This document shows positions 1 to 9,461 of a stretch of 64,000 nt of DNA, in pieces (positions within the stretch are counted from its first letter, which is position 1; every line of letters begins with the position of its first letter). Location of the stretch: the IMG/VR virus record IMGVR_UViG_3300049255_000541. One strand, given 5' to 3'. The stretch comes from a virus. A program made the position numbers and the translations under genes. Under the pieces are notes generated by a model. It made no database searches and had not been told where the DNA came from. It saw nothing but the letters and a program-made list of their open reading frames with translations.

Positions 1-222
1 CGCGAGCATGCGATCACGCCTCGCCCCGCCTGCGGAACTCCCCAGCCAATACCCGGCAACCATCGTCGTAAGTGACGAAAGCGACACGAAAATCTCGTGG
101 ACGAGGCCATAGTTGCTTGTGGCGAGCGCGTTCTGAAGCATCACGACAACAGCGGCTGCAAAACCCAAAAGAAAAACGACGCTGACGACCAGCTGTGCGA
201 TTTGCTCGCGCAAAGGGGTCAT
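1..222 (-). CDS. Holin-like membrane protein (3' end off window)
   Basis: Not in the ORF track. Manual translation MTPLREQIAQLVVSVVFLLGFAAAVVVMLQ...FVSLSSLTTMVAGYWLGSSAGG has two hydrophobic segments and a YWLGSS motif; GGGAGG RBS; directly downstream of the endolysin. Confidence 0.7.
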   Translation of the reverse strand, partial: MTPLREQIAQLVVSVVFLLGFAAAVVVMLQNALATSNYGLVHEIFVSLSSLTTMVAGYWLGSSAGGARRDRMLA

Positions 223-238
223 GGCGAACCTCCCAAAT

Positions 239-1006
239 TTACGAGGTGGGCGCGGCCGCGTTGAGGGCCGCCAGCGCAGCGTTAGAGAGCGAAATGCGTT
301 CGGCGTTACCGAGCTTCGCCGGGCCGTTTACCTTCGCGGTAATCGCGGAGATCGCCCACGCGTCGGCGAGCGCATTCATCCCGCCCCGGGTGCTCCAGAA
401 CCAACACGCGGAAGCCGCCGCCCCGGCGGGTGTCGCGCACCAATCCGGGCAACCTGCGAGATCCCGGCCCATCGCCTTTGCGAAGGATTCGTGCGCCGTC
501 CGGCCCGTCAGTTGGATTGCTCCGCGGCCGCGGAATGCCCAGCCGTCGCCGGAGGCCTCATCGCCATTCCCAAGCTCTCCGGCATAAACCCTATTGGCAA
601 TCCGCTCCGGCTGCCCGGCATACCCCTCGGCCTCCTTGAGTGACGAGAAAGCGTGAGGGTAGTCCTTGAGCAGCAGCGCGGCGTGAGTGAAATTGTCGTT
701 TTCAGACAATGTGGTCAGACCGCCACTCTCGACGGCAACCTGCCCGAGAAATGCGGCAATCCTGCGAGGAGTGCTGATCCCAGAGGATCTCATCGGCGCC
801 GTAAAGGCAGCTACCCAGGCATCCGCATCGGCGTGGGGCGCCACCGCACGGATGGCATCCGCTAAACTGTCGAGGGGACCGGCCGGAGCGGCGGTTACCG
901 CCTGGGTATCCGTGGCGGCCGCCATGGCCGCGGTGGTGGCCGCCGCCGGCGCAGCCGGGGGTGAACCGAAGCCCAGTGCGGCTTCCGCAGATTCGATGAA
1001 ATCCAT
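239..1006 (-). CDS. Endolysin, glycoside hydrolase family 19
   Basis: IAAFLGQVAVESGG, GNGDEASGDGWAFRGRGAIQLTGR and TAKVNG motifs of GH19 phage lysins. Confidence 0.92.
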   Translation of the reverse strand: MDFIESAEAALGFGSPPAAPAAATTAAMAAATDTQAVTAAPAGPLDSLADAIRAVAPHADADAWVAAFTAPMRSSGISTPRRIAAFLGQVAVESGGLTTLSENDNFTHAALLLKDYPHAFSSLKEAEGYAGQPERIANRVYAGELGNGDEASGDGWAFRGRGAIQLTGRTAHESFAKAMGRDLAGCPDWCATPAGAAASACWFWSTRGGMNALADAWAISAITAKVNGPAKLGNAERISLSNAALAALNAAAPTS

Positions 1007-1024
1007 GATTTTTGGTGGTCCTCT

Positions 1025-1264
1025 CTAGGCGTTGCCCGTGGTGGGCACGAAATGCGATCCGGTGTATCCGCACAGCCAAAGCACGCTGTGCGGGGTCCAG
1101 TCTGGGTATGGGTTTTCGGTGATCGGCAGGCCTACCTCTCTTGAGATGAGGCCTTGTCCAGTGATGATGGCGGCTAACTGCCGCTGGCGGCGGGCCAGAT
1201 CTTCGTCGAAATCCAGATCCTCGCAGGCGTCTTCCGCATCCAGATCGATCTCATCGATGTCCAT
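1025..1264 (-). CDS. Small acidic protein with Rmf/CrpP-like C-terminal motif
   Basis: ATG at 1264 with GGAGG RBS; MDIDEIDLD... then GLPITENPYPDWTPHSVLWLCGY. Confidence 0.55.
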   Translation of the reverse strand: MDIDEIDLDAEDACEDLDFDEDLARRQRQLAAIITGQGLISREVGLPITENPYPDWTPHSVLWLCGYTGSHFVPTTGNA

Positions 1265-1281
1265 GGCGGACCTCCGCAGGC

Positions 1282-1320
1282 AAAAGGAAGGCCGCCGGGC
1301 TGTTGTGCCGGGCGGCCTTT
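1282..1320 (-). terminator. Intrinsic terminator-like hairpin after the A1-like gene
   Basis: 12/13-bp GC stem followed by CCTTTTG on the minus strand. Confidence 0.65.
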
Positions 1321-1344
1321 GGTAGGCGGTGGGTAGCCGGGTGA

Positions 1345-3183
1345 TCAGGCGGCGATCGCGAGTTCCTGGGCGGCTGGCTGCATGCCGCCGCGCCAACGGC
1401 CGCCACGCATCGTGATAAGCGCCCTCTTGCCGTTCGCGTAGATGACGCAATGCGTATGCGACCACGAACTTGGGCCCTTGTTGTAGCCCTGGTCCAGACT
1501 GGCTGTGACACCCACCGTGTAGACGCCCTCGATGATCCCCGCGGTGTGCGTGTGCCCGGTGACGGCTTTCCGACCGAGACGGGTGTATGCCCGGGGCGAC
1601 CCGCGGGATCCGTTTGGCCCGAGATGGCCGTGCACCCCGAGTTCAATTCCGGCGATCGAGAAGCTCTCGTCGGTCTTCAAAAACCGGATGTTGCCGAGGG
1701 AAATACCCTGCTTCGACGCGGAATGCTCAAGGGCAAACCGGAAAACATCGAAGTTGTCGTTCGCGAACTCTGCGGCCTCAAGTGCTTTCCACTTCAGGAA
1801 GTGGAAATACCTGCCGTTCAGAGGATCGCCATCAATCTCTTTGCTGCCCAGTGACAACCATTTTTCGAGATGGTCATGGTGATTGGCATCCGGAACCACC
1901 GTCAGGCAGCGAGGCCGCTGGATATATGAGAGGGTCCGGGCTGTGCCGTCTACCTCATCCTCAACGCGGTCTTTGCCGGAGAAGAAGATCTGCGCCCGCT
2001 CGAACGGGGTCTTCGGGTGGTGAGTCCTTGCGTGCTGGTGGTGCGCGTCATGGACGGCCTGTACGCGTGGATTGAAGAAATCGATGATCCCGCCGCGGCC
2101 CCAGCAAGCTTCCCGGACTACCGGCTGCATATGGAAGTCGTGCAGGTCGCCCCAGACCATGCCTTCTGCAGCCACGCGCTCCACACCTTGCGGTGTGAAC
2201 TTTTCGTCCAAATCGTAGAACGTGCCGTCCTCGTCGGCGATCACTTGCCGGGCGAACCAGGCGCCATCGTCGTCAACTTCGACGTAGAGAAAACCAAAAC
2301 TGTGGTGGAAAGCAGCTTTCTGCCCGGCTTTCCGCTTGATGTAATTCCTCTGGGTCACCGCCCCGGTGGTGTAGAGGAAGCGGGTGTTCTCGCCCTTGAG
2401 GACGGGTTGGCTTTCCATCGCGATTTTGGGGTGTGGGAAAATCCCGGAGGACTGCTTCGAATAGGACTGGTATCCGCTGAGCGGGTTGACGGCCGACGGG
2501 GAAATATCGCTATCCGCCAGGAAGATCAGGTCGTCGGCCAGCCTCAGAGGGGCATTCTGCACATAAGGCGCGACCTCCGGGTCATACCAGAGACCCTCAT
2601 CTTCTTTGGTAATCCTGGACTGATTTCCGGCCCACGCCTTCTTATTGTAGGAGCAGCGCGCTATGTGGAGGGTGGCCCCTCGATGGCGCATGAAGTTTTC
2701 CATGCTGCGGAATAGGGGCTCCAGACCAAAGGTATTGTTTTGGGCCACCGAAAGCATGAAGCGCTTCCCGGTGGCGCGCTGTTCGTAAACCTCGGGGGAC
2801 TGGACTTCGCCGCCTGCGATCGGCTTTTCCGGCTTCTCGGCTTTTGCTTTGGCGTCCGGCTGCTTCGCTGTGGTGGGCTTCTTCTTTTCCTGTGCGGTCA
2901 GCCGCTTCAGGATCTCCGACTGGATTGCCGACTGCCTGATCTGGGCCTCCGCCAGCGCGGCGATCGCGGCCGCCAAGGCTTCGTTAGAACCCGCAGGGGC
3001 GGTGGTGACCGGCCGGGACTTTTTGGTTTTCGGCTCGGGCGTGACGGAGAGAGTATCGCGCTGTGCGTAGCGCCGCTGAACGTGCCCGAACGAGAGGCCA
3101 GAGGCCGCCGCAGCCGCCCGGTAAGTGCCGTGTTCTGCTATAAGGTCCACGACGCGGCGGATCTCGTGTTGCGGATACGGCAT
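1345..3183 (-). CDS. T5 A1-like protein: N-terminal HTH plus calcineurin-like metallophosphoesterase/nuclease domain
   Basis: WGDLH, HDAHH, NHHD, GVHGHLGPNGSRGSP and TGHTH metal motifs; AQNNT, NYIKRKAGQKA and GYNKGPSSWSHTHCVIYANGKR match the recalled T5 A1 family pattern. Confidence 0.8.
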   Translation of the reverse strand: MPYPQHEIRRVVDLIAEHGTYRAAAAASGLSFGHVQRRYAQRDTLSVTPEPKTKKSRPVTTAPAGSNEALAAAIAALAEAQIRQSAIQSEILKRLTAQEKKKPTTAKQPDAKAKAEKPEKPIAGGEVQSPEVYEQRATGKRFMLSVAQNNTFGLEPLFRSMENFMRHRGATLHIARCSYNKKAWAGNQSRITKEDEGLWYDPEVAPYVQNAPLRLADDLIFLADSDISPSAVNPLSGYQSYSKQSSGIFPHPKIAMESQPVLKGENTRFLYTTGAVTQRNYIKRKAGQKAAFHHSFGFLYVEVDDDGAWFARQVIADEDGTFYDLDEKFTPQGVERVAAEGMVWGDLHDFHMQPVVREACWGRGGIIDFFNPRVQAVHDAHHQHARTHHPKTPFERAQIFFSGKDRVEDEVDGTARTLSYIQRPRCLTVVPDANHHDHLEKWLSLGSKEIDGDPLNGRYFHFLKWKALEAAEFANDNFDVFRFALEHSASKQGISLGNIRFLKTDESFSIAGIELGVHGHLGPNGSRGSPRAYTRLGRKAVTGHTHTAGIIEGVYTVGVTASLDQGYNKGPSSWSHTHCVIYANGKRALITMRGGRWRGGMQPAAQELAIAA

Positions 3184-3217
3184 CTATCGGCTCCGTGCAG
3201 AGGCGGCTACACAGTCA

Positions 3218-3249
3218 AGATGCGTAATCGGGAATCCGCACCGCAAGGG
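3218..3249 (-). promoter_or_regulatory. Promoter-family member upstream of the A1-like gene
   Basis: CCCTTGCGG-N17-GCATCT. Confidence 0.55.
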
Positions 3250-3338
3250 TATCAAACACGATTTCTCGCGTTCCTCAGTATGGTCTGTTTACAAACAGGC
3301 CTGCAGAAAACGAAAGAAAATGCGTTGATTACGAAGTG

Positions 3339-3665
3339 TTAATTGTGGCCGTCCTGCGCCTGCCGGATGAGAATGCCTTCGATGCGCCCCAAGCGGTCGG
3401 TATTCTGGCTATGCCGGGAATTCATTTCGTCCTTCAGGGCAATCACCGCATCTTTGATGTCAACTATTGCCTGTACAGACCTTTCCGTCAGCTTCTCTGT
3501 TTTCTCCTTCAGTTCTTCGATGTCCACCCGGTTCTGCATCTGGGAAGCCTCCAATTTGGAGGCCCTCCAAGACACGTGGACAACGCTGGCAATAAAAGAA
3601 ACGAGTACGCCGACCCACTCAGGCAGGCTTTCGGCTCCGAGCAGGTTGTTCGGGTTCGGTGTCAT
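3339..3665 (-). CDS. Single-TM coiled-coil protein (lysis-accessory/holin-like)
   Basis: WVGVLVSFIASVVHVSW TM segment followed by coiled coil and DRLGRIEGIL. Confidence 0.55.
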   Translation of the reverse strand: MTPNPNNLLGAESLPEWVGVLVSFIASVVHVSWRASKLEASQMQNRVDIEELKEKTEKLTERSVQAIVDIKDAVIALKDEMNSRHSQNTDRLGRIEGILIRQAQDGHN

Positions 3666-3706
3666 GGCGGATCTCGTTATCATTATTGGAAAACCACAGA
3701 TCAGTA

Positions 3707-3931
3707 TCAGGCGCCGTGTGTGTGTGTGCATTCGGTAAGCTTGGTCTGGGCTTCTGTGAACACCCTGACGAAGCCATCCATGGCGTCGTCGTAGCGCTCT
3801 GCGGCCTTCGCCAGTTCTCTGCGTAGGCCGATAATCACCGTGGCCTCCCTCCGGCGGCTAATGTCCTCCATGCCGTTGAAGGCGAGGCTGGCCGTCAGCA
3901 GGGTGGCGGCCAAAAAGCTTTTGCGGGTCAC
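3707..3931 (-). CDS. Hypothetical protein
   Basis: 74-aa ORF coupled to the upstream ORF by an overlapping start/stop. Confidence 0.5.
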   Translation of the reverse strand: MTRKSFLAATLLTASLAFNGMEDISRRREATVIIGLRRELAKAAERYDDAMDGFVRVFTEAQTKLTECTHTHGA

Positions 3932-4152
3932 AGCTTTTTCTCCCCAGCTTCCACCATATACCGCTCAAAGCGCACGATGCGCTCGAGGAGGCCCTCGATC
4001 GCCGCGTGAGATGCCTCGATGTGGCGGGCTATCTCCGCTGGCGACAGGTGGATGTGGACGGAGCAGGGGGTTCCCCCGAAGATACTGATGGGGCCCTTCG
4101 AGGGTTCGACGGTATCCGGCGCTTTATGGGCGCCGGGCATGTGAAGGTGCAT
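3928..4152 (-). CDS. Hypothetical protein
   Basis: MHLHMPGAHK... 74 aa, just downstream of the tailspike. Confidence 0.45.
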   Translation of the reverse strand: MHLHMPGAHKAPDTVEPSKGPISIFGGTPCSVHIHLSPAEIARHIEASHAAIEGLLERIVRFERYMVEAGEKKL

Positions 4153-4166
4153 GTTCGTGCTCCGGT

Positions 4167-6233
4167 TTATGCGGTGGTGGTGTCGGTCGCGAGGCCGTAG
4201 GCCGTGAGACAGTTGATGATGGAGGCCACCACCTGTGCTGTGTTGGTCGTCCTTGAGCCGCCGGAGATCACCGGAGGAGCGATGGCACCCATGCCGTTCG
4301 TCCCGAAGTTCCCAGCCACAGCAAGCTTGTTTACGAGAACCTCGCCTGTGGCCTGCACGATAGCCAGTGGTGTATCCACTGGGGCGCCGGTCTCCGAGTA
4401 GCGAACAACCTGGTAGTTGTTCACGTTGTCGAAGCCGACCTGCCACATGATGCTGTTGGCACGCAGGAAGTTCTGGTATCCGCCATAGCCGACGGGCGCA
4501 TTCACCACTACCGCTGCGTCGGCTGCGGCCGGGGCGATGAGCACGCTGCCCAGGGTGAGGCCACCGATGCCGTAACCGATCCAGGTTCCATGACCGGCTG
4601 CGGCGCCAGTGATGGAAGGAATCCCTGTTGCCGGGTTTCCGCCCACGAAAATCTGGACGCCGCCGCATGCATTGAGGATCACCGGACTCTGTCCGGCGGT
4701 CCACTGATACTGGCCGCCGAGCCAGGTATTGTTGCCCTGGTTCGCGGAGTCGCAGATGATGCAGTTCGTGCTCAGCTCGTTATCGAAACCGATGAATTCG
4801 CAGCCGTAGGCACCCTGGTCCACGAAGTGGATGCCCGTGGCACAGTTTCCGCTGCCGCCACCAAAGGTAGAGAACTGCGCACCAGCGATCTCGTATGCAG
4901 TCCCGGTGCCCGTCCCAGGCCCGTTTGCGATGATATTTACAATGGAATTCAGAACTCCATTGACCTTCAGCGCTGCACCTGTTCCCGCATTTTCAACTGT
5001 CATCTGCTCAAACAGGAAGAAGTTCATAGCATCCGGGAACGCGTTGGCCCCGCTATTGAAGTCCTGTCCGATCTGCAGGCCGACACCAGCGGTATTGGTC
5101 TCGAAACCGATACCGGAGAACGTCGAGTAAAATGCGGCGTTGGACGAGCATTTGATGATCACCTGCGGGCTGGCCGTGCACGCCGTCACGTCGATGATCG
5201 TCGAATTTGCCCCTGCTCCCTGGTACATGATCCCGGACTGGGCGACGGCTTCCAGGTCGATCACGAGCTGCGGGCCTGTGACTTTGAAATGACCAGAAGG
5301 GAGGCGTCCAAGCTTCCTTTCCGCCATGGTCCCGGCAAAGAAGGCGTTGATCGCCGCTGTGCTATCAGCCGCGCCCGTCGGGTCAGCGGCGTAGTCGGCG
5401 ACGAGATCTTCCCACGAGGAGATCTTCGCTCCGACGTTGGTGGCCACCGTGCCTGCGGCAGTTCCCTGGTAGCCGACCTTACCCGCAACCAGTTCTCCCC
5501 CGACCCACGCGGTGGTCGGGATGCGGCTGGAGCGGTCCCCGGCGGCTGGCGCAGGAGCCGTGGGCGCACCCTGGAAGGCCGGGGACAGCAGCGGGGCTAG
5601 GCCGGGCAGCTTAGTGCCGATGAATGGCGCCGAATTGGCCTGCGTGATCATCTGCGGGGTAACTGCGGTGACCCCGGCCGGGACGGTGATCACCCAAAGT
5701 TCTTGGTATCCCGCATCCACCCCGGGGGCGACGGGGGACGCCGCCGGCGCACCAGCATAGACCCTGAGGTCGCAGCGCTGCTGGCGCCGGGTAGGCTGGC
5801 TTGCCCCAGAGTTACCGGGGCCCGCCTGCGGTGCGTTCATATTCGCCGCGTTGAAGTACGGGATTACCGTGTCGTTCGTGTCGGATTCCAAAAAGGCGCC
5901 CGCGACCACGTAAATGACCGACTGTCCGGGGGTCGCCGGGGCGGGTGTCTGGAAGACCGTCGGGGCCGTGTTGATGCCCTGCTTCACGACGGGGTCCGAA
6001 GATGCCGCGATGTCCGAGTAAGGCGATGTGTCGATGACTTCGAGCTGCAGCACGGATCCCGGTGCGACGCTGACACCCAGGCCGGACGCGGTGCACAGCA
6101 GACCATCGAAGAGCGTGCTCGTTCCAAGGACGGCCTGCGCCAGGTAGCCTAGTGCCAACATCGCGTTCCGCTGGCCGTATAGCACCGTGTCCAGCTCCGG
6201 GATTGCTCCCAGATACGAAATCTCTCTGTCCAT
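4167..6233 (-). CDS. Tail fibre/tailspike with probable beta-helix (depolymerase-like) domain
   Basis: Baseplate-anchoring N-terminus; DYAADPTGAADSTAAINAF resembles a pectate-lyase-3 start; G/N/T-rich beta-helix-like repeats. Confidence 0.8.
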   Translation of the reverse strand: MDREISYLGAIPELDTVLYGQRNAMLALGYLAQAVLGTSTLFDGLLCTASGLGVSVAPGSVLQLEVIDTSPYSDIAASSDPVVKQGINTAPTVFQTPAPATPGQSVIYVVAGAFLESDTNDTVIPYFNAANMNAPQAGPGNSGASQPTRRQQRCDLRVYAGAPAASPVAPGVDAGYQELWVITVPAGVTAVTPQMITQANSAPFIGTKLPGLAPLLSPAFQGAPTAPAPAAGDRSSRIPTTAWVGGELVAGKVGYQGTAAGTVATNVGAKISSWEDLVADYAADPTGAADSTAAINAFFAGTMAERKLGRLPSGHFKVTGPQLVIDLEAVAQSGIMYQGAGANSTIIDVTACTASPQVIIKCSSNAAFYSTFSGIGFETNTAGVGLQIGQDFNSGANAFPDAMNFFLFEQMTVENAGTGAALKVNGVLNSIVNIIANGPGTGTGTAYEIAGAQFSTFGGGSGNCATGIHFVDQGAYGCEFIGFDNELSTNCIICDSANQGNNTWLGGQYQWTAGQSPVILNACGGVQIFVGGNPATGIPSITGAAAGHGTWIGYGIGGLTLGSVLIAPAAADAAVVVNAPVGYGGYQNFLRANSIMWQVGFDNVNNYQVVRYSETGAPVDTPLAIVQATGEVLVNKLAVAGNFGTNGMGAIAPPVISGGSRTTNTAQVVASIINCLTAYGLATDTTTA

Positions 6234-6314
6234 GTCTGGATTTCCTCGCAAATGCGGGCTCCCACCGCAGGCTGGTGGCCTGCACGGTTGGCGCGGCGGG
6301 TGGCGGTGTGGGTG

Positions 6315-7151
6315 TTAGGAGAACGTCAGATTGATGAGGCGGGCCGTGATCAACAATTTGCCCGCACCTTCAAGGAAGCTGATCTCCGGAGGTGAAGCGG
6401 TGGTATTCAGGTTCGGAAAAATGAAGATCCCGACACGGACGATTGGCCCGGACACCGCGTAGCCTCCGATCGGCATGGCTTCCGATGGGCGGCCATTCGA
6501 ACCGAACTTGATGAGCGTCGCCGGGAATCCGCCACTGGAATCAATTGTGAAGAAGCCGCGGCCGGGTGGTTCCCAAATCGAACTCAGGGCCGCTGGACCT
6601 GGCCCAGGTGTAAGCGGCGCAGTGCTGCTATATGGACCGACAGTCAGGGCGGGGTTCGGAAGATCGGTCACGCCTTCGTTTTGGGTGTTTACGACACCGA
6701 ACGCGCCGCCATACCCGCACAAATGAAAGCCACCCAGGCTGTCCGTGAGAACGATGCCCGCGCCGAGATTGTAGAGGTATGGATGATCATATTCATACCC
6801 TGCGGTAATCACAGATTTTCCTGCGGGAACCGCCATGTCCGCGTAGCAGAGATTTGCACCGGATGCCGTCGCGAGGCACTGGAGGACCAACGAGTCCGCT
6901 TGGGCATCCGATGTTGCACCAACAGGATATCCAAAACTGGCCCCGGCATTCCCGTTCGCCACCAAGGTGAAATCAGCCAGCGGCGGCCGGACCAACGGAA
7001 TACCGGTGACCCCGTTTCCTACGCGTGCTCCGGCAGCGGCGACTGCCGCGGCCGCGGCGTTTGCAACGTTATCCACGGCCTGCAGCGCGGCATTCAGGAG
7101 CGCCGCAGTAAGGGTCTGGCCGTCCTGGAATTGCGAGAAATCCGTTGTCAT
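6315..7151 (-). CDS. Putative second tail fibre/receptor-binding protein
   Basis: Between baseplate wedge and tailspike; FQDGQTLTAALLN N-terminal anchor and a beta-rich C-terminus. Confidence 0.55.
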   Translation of the reverse strand: MTTDFSQFQDGQTLTAALLNAALQAVDNVANAAAAAVAAAGARVGNGVTGIPLVRPPLADFTLVANGNAGASFGYPVGATSDAQADSLVLQCLATASGANLCYADMAVPAGKSVITAGYEYDHPYLYNLGAGIVLTDSLGGFHLCGYGGAFGVVNTQNEGVTDLPNPALTVGPYSSTAPLTPGPGPAALSSIWEPPGRGFFTIDSSGGFPATLIKFGSNGRPSEAMPIGGYAVSGPIVRVGIFIFPNLNTTASPPEISFLEGAGKLLITARLINLTFS

Positions 7152-7909
7152 GCCAGTACACTCGCCCCAAGGATAAAGTTGACACCAAGCGTCTGCCCCG
7201 AAGTTTCCGGCGGATCCTGGATCTGGACCCAGGCCACGATACCTTCAGCCTTGGCGGCCAAAATGGCATTGATGATGTCCTGATCACTGACGGCGGGTGC
7301 CATCTGCACGCCGGACAACCACCGCCACAGGCCGACACCCCAGCCGCTCAGGAAGCCGCCCCATCCGTTGTTGTTGGCCACCGGGACAATGCGCGGCCTG
7401 TAGGCAACGATGAAAAACTGGCACGTAGCCTTGTGATTTCCCCAAGCTCCGCCGGAGCCCCAACCCCACGCGTTCTGGTTCCACCCTCCGCAATCCGTCG
7501 GATTGAACGCCTCCACAAACTTCGGTGCGATCCCCGTCAGCGCGGTGACCCGCGAGATAATCGCCGTCCGCGTGACTTCAGGTGCAAAAATCGCAGCTTT
7601 AATCCGAACCTGGAAAGCCGTGTCCGTCTCCCCGGGTTTCCGAAGAAAGCCTGCGCCGAGGTAGTCCGCGGCAAGCATTTCAAGGAATCTGTCGGTCGCC
7701 GTGGCAATCCGGGTCTGCAGGATCGCATACTGAAGCTGCTGCCAAAGGCCCGCCCAGACGGCTCCGTATCCCTTCAGGACGCCGTCGAGCACCGGGCTAT
7801 TCGATGGCTGACCGGCTGTCGTGGTGGGAAACCAGCTGTAAGGCAGGAGAGCCCTTAGCCTTGCGGCGAACCCGGCGGTTTCGGTGCCCTGAGATGTGTT
7901 GATGGGCAT
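7148..7909 (-). CDS. Baseplate wedge protein (P2 gpI/Mu gp48-like)
   Basis: LQTRIATATDRFLEMLAADYLG..LRKPGETD; follows gpJ. Confidence 0.75.
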   Translation of the reverse strand: MPINTSQGTETAGFAARLRALLPYSWFPTTTAGQPSNSPVLDGVLKGYGAVWAGLWQQLQYAILQTRIATATDRFLEMLAADYLGAGFLRKPGETDTAFQVRIKAAIFAPEVTRTAIISRVTALTGIAPKFVEAFNPTDCGGWNQNAWGWGSGGAWGNHKATCQFFIVAYRPRIVPVANNNGWGGFLSGWGVGLWRWLSGVQMAPAVSDQDIINAILAAKAEGIVAWVQIQDPPETSGQTLGVNFILGASVLA

Positions 7910-7910
7910 C

Positions 7911-9059
7911 TCAGTTCACCGCAACGCTGGTGGCCTTGATCACATCCATAGGGGCCGCAGCAAGGTCTGTGGTCTGCGAACCGCTTGTGTTGATCAGCGT
8001 AATTCCGGACACGTTGGTGATCGACGGGTGCACCGCGTAGGCCGTCTGGGCGATCTGCGTGATGCTGCAGAGTGCGCCGACGGACAGGGTGTTCACGTAG
8101 GTCTGGACGGCCTGCTGCACGAGTGGCTGCAGGTTAGCCTTTACGCCGCCGGGGCCGACGGTGATCACCAAGGACACCTGAATGGGTAGCACCGTGGGTG
8201 CGTGGACGGCAATCATCACGCCCGCGGCGCGCACCGCATCCACGCTGGCGTAAACCGCTGAGATCAGGGATTGCGGCGGTGCACCCGTTCCATTGTCGAT
8301 AGTGCAGATGACTTTGCCGGGGAAAAACCGCCCAGCTTCATCGACGCATTCCGAAATATATGAGGACAACCCTTGCTGTGTCGTGGAGATCGCATACTGG
8401 ATGGCGGCCAGCGTTGCTTTCGCGCGGCTTGCGATGAATGCCGGGAACAAGGATCGCGCCTGAGCGTCAGACTGGGCGTTCACCCCGTTCACGAAGGCGG
8501 CCGCATTGGTGACGGTATCCACGCCCGGGGTGGAAGACCCCATAAGGCTGATGGCACCGATCTGAACGTTGCCGACCGTGCCGGCAGTGGTCGCCTGCAC
8601 ATTGACGGTCAGCGACTGGACATTGGCGGCGATCAAATACCCGCCGGATCCGTTGAAGAGCGCGGCGGAATACGCCGGGTTTGTTGTGTCTGCCAGAATT
8701 GCGAAGGAAACCGAGAGGTCCCCGGTGCGCACCGTGGCGCCGACGGGAACCGAAGCGGCAGCGGTCGCCGAATATCTGCTAAGGGTTACCTGCCCGGTGG
8801 CGGCCACCGCTTGAAGCCGGGTGACACCGAAATCAGCCAGGAAGCTGTCGATGTCAGATCCCGTCGAAGTCGCAAGGCGCGTGGTCTGCAGCACGAGCAA
8901 CAGCAGCCATTGAAACCACGCGGCGACCGCCGCATTGCTCTGTGTGATTGCGTAGAGCACGCTGCCAACACTGAAATCCACAAGCTGCGAACATGCACCC
9001 TGGATGGCGGCCGCCTGTTGCGCGGTCCACTGCTGAAGAGACTGGAAGCTCAACTGCAT
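7911..9059 (-). CDS. Baseplate J-like protein
   Basis: DFSVGSVLYAI, AATGQVTLSR, TAGTVGNV, NGVNAQSDAQAR. Confidence 0.9.
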   Translation of the reverse strand: MQLSFQSLQQWTAQQAAAIQGACSQLVDFSVGSVLYAITQSNAAVAAWFQWLLLLVLQTTRLATSTGSDIDSFLADFGVTRLQAVAATGQVTLSRYSATAAASVPVGATVRTGDLSVSFAILADTTNPAYSAALFNGSGGYLIAANVQSLTVNVQATTAGTVGNVQIGAISLMGSSTPGVDTVTNAAAFVNGVNAQSDAQARSLFPAFIASRAKATLAAIQYAISTTQQGLSSYISECVDEAGRFFPGKVICTIDNGTGAPPQSLISAVYASVDAVRAAGVMIAVHAPTVLPIQVSLVITVGPGGVKANLQPLVQQAVQTYVNTLSVGALCSITQIAQTAYAVHPSITNVSGITLINTSGSQTTDLAAAPMDVIKATSVAVN

Positions 9060-9077
9060 AGTGTCGGCCTCCGGCTT

Positions 9078-9446
9078 TTAGGATACGGGCACGCTGCGGA
9101 GGGTTACCGTCTGGCCTGTCGTGGCGTCCGCATAGGAAATGTTGGCAACCGTGCTGTCGTCGGTTCCCGAAGCTACTGTTACGGTGGGCTCCGGGGTCGG
9201 GGCCACTACCGGCTCCAACAGCATCTGCCTGCGGATTACCCCAGCCAAAGACTGGGGGTGCGCCACGTCGCCGACGCGGCCGGGGAGACCGGCTCCGTAG
9301 CCGAGTGCCCAAATATACTCTTTGGCACCCGTTAGGAGACGGCGGAGAACCCGCTGCTGGCCTTGCTGTGTGCCAGAGACTGTAGCGAGGTCACCCGTCG
9401 GCGAGACTTGGAGGTCACCGCCCCACTGGTGCGCGAGCTCCGGCAT
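9078..9446 (-). CDS. Baseplate wedge/sheath initiator (gp25/gp46-like)
   Basis: GDLQVSPTGDL, QRVLRRLLT, YGAGLP; position. Confidence 0.7.
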   Translation of the reverse strand: MPELAHQWGGDLQVSPTGDLATVSGTQQGQQRVLRRLLTGAKEYIWALGYGAGLPGRVGDVAHPQSLAGVIRRQMLLEPVVAPTPEPTVTVASGTDDSTVANISYADATTGQTVTLRSVPVS

Positions 9447-9461
9447 GATTATGGGTCTCCA

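Noticed and set aside
6250-6315. G-rich GGY-like tract as a 5-nt-periodic guide-RNA array
   Set aside because: No sustained period-5 pattern; looks like an ordinary intergenic hairpin region
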